A stretch of 64,000 nucleotides of DNA from Mobula hypostoma (Eukaryota). The translations under genes and the position numbers were made by a program. A model generated the notes under the pieces. The model was not told the DNA's origin, made no database searches, and saw only the letters and a program-made list of their open reading frames with translations. Of the stretch, positions 62,590 to 64,000 are shown in pieces. Location: positions 238,392,001 to 238,456,000 of the forward strand of contig NC_086097.1 of NCBI RefSeq assembly GCF_963921235.1. Direction: 5' to 3'. Every line of letters starts with the position of its first letter. The first letter of the stretch is position 1.

Positions 62590-63140
62590 ACTGCTTGCCC
62601 TTGAATGGAAAATCCTACAAAAACTAGTGAATATGGCCCAGTCTATCTTGGGTAAAGACTTCCTCACCATTGAGCACAACTGCACAGATCGCTGTAGCAG
62701 GAATGCAACATCAATCATGCAGATTGCTGTCATCAGGAAGAAGGTGCAGGAGCTGTAGGACCCACACCACCGTATTCAGGAACAGTTATTACCCCTCAGT
62801 CATCCAGCTCTTGAACAAGTGGGGATAACTTCATTCAACTTCACTTGCCCTAGTACTGAAATGTTCCCACAACCTATCGACTCACTTTCAAGGAATTTTC
62901 TTCTCATGTTCTCGATATTTATTGCTTATTTATTTATTATTGTTATATTTTCTTTTATATTTGCACAGTTTGTTCTCTTAATGCACATTGGTGTTGGTCG
63001 GTCCTGTTGGTTGCTGTCTTTCACTGATTCTATTGAGTTTCTTGACTTTATTGTGTATGCCTGCAAGAAAACAAATCTCCGGGTTGAAGATGATGACATA
63101 TATGTACTTTGAAAATAAATTTACTTGAACTTTGAACTTC
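62590..63140 (+). mobile_element. Rex1-type 3' fragment
   Basis: LQKLVNMAQSILGK; ttcaggaacagttattaccc; tail aataaatttacttgaactttgaac. Confidence 0.8.
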
Positions 63141-63459
63141 TAAAGGGACAATCTTTTAGTCTGATGCTGTGCTCTCGGGTCCACTTCTACCAAACCATTT
63201 GAGTTTGGGTGACATGGAATTTACTCGGGTACTACTTTCTACTCATGAGTAATATAGAATTCAGTAGCTTCCATTGCTTGTCATAAGTAATTGCATAAGC
63301 TAGCTTGATGCCAGCTGGGAAAACATCACTTGAGATGCAGTAATCTCCTATGAACCTGCTTCTATCCACTTTGATTACACTTCCACTACTACCAGGGTTA
63401 CCTCTCTCACAGATGGAAGCACAAAACCTCCATGTATCCTGACACAAGATTTATTCAGA

Positions 63460-64000
63460 GACACAAGACATTCTGCAGGTGCTGGAATTCCGGATTAAAA
63501 CACATAAATTCTAGAGGAACTCAGCAGGTCAACATATATAGAAGGAAAAAAAACAGTCGATGTCTCAGGCAGAGACCATTCAACAGGTCTCCTGATATGT
63601 TGATGAATGGTCTTGGCCTGAAACGCTGCTCATTTATTTCCCTTCATAGATACTGACTGAGCAGTTGATCTCCACTCGCATTTTTTTGTGTGTTGCCCAA
63701 GATATCTTCAGCCAGGACCTTGGATTGAGAGAAGCCACTGGAGGATTCTTACACTGCTTCACAAAGCTCTCCAAATGCTTACTTATTCCCAGCCTTCAGA
63801 TAAAATCGCCTGACAACCAGCTTGCTACCATAGACATTATGGCACACTTCAACAACAGTTACAAAGCAACTGCTCTTCCTTGAACACAAGGAAATCTGCA
63901 GATGCTGGAATTTCAATCAACACACATAAAAGTTGCTGGCAACACCTTATATTCTGTCTGGGTAGCCTCCAACCTGATGGCATGAACATTGACTTCTCTA
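63460..64000. mobile_element. PLE fragments: an inverted pseudo-LTR pair (63460-63710) and an inverted terminus joined to the ORF end (63880-64000, runs off the window)
   Basis: 63940-64000 translates QHLIFCLGSLQPDGMNIDFS, the typical C-terminal motif of the PLE GIY-YIG domain. Hammerhead-like tgatgaatggtcttggcctgaaacg at 63601. Confidence 0.75.

Overview
This is AT-rich, repeat-saturated vertebrate genomic DNA. The repeat repertoire (CR1/HER1-type LINEs, V-domain/HE1-type SINEs, Rex1/Babar LINEs, Penelope-like fragments) points to a cartilaginous fish, probably a ray; that assignment is an inference. I could not identify any intact host gene or convincing host exon, so the window looks intronic or intergenic. 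Most ORFs in the supplied track are TE fragments or antisense noise. The standout is a Gypsy-type LTR retrotransposon at 2484-6594, with both LTRs, a PPT and a degenerate 5-bp TSD. Its RT/RNaseH/integrase core has been replaced by an intronless, sense-oriented, decayed copy of part of the host splicing-factor mRNA RBM25 (RRM plus the start of the RE/RD-rich region), consistent with host gene capture by an LTR element. A younger IR/DR-type Tc1 (DD34E) transposon later inserted into its gag. Other notable items: a second, RT-less Gypsy; Penelope-like termini carrying a minimal hammerhead-ribozyme motif; two HERO-type REL-endonuclease retroposon 3' ends; an L1-like element interrupted by a clean solo LTR; an apparently identical 3,285-bp tandem duplication; and a much older colinear duplication of non-TE sequence (~46.9-49.1 kb versus ~59.3-60.9 kb). 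Family assignments come from motif recognition by eye with no database searches, and boundaries of decayed repeats are approximate.
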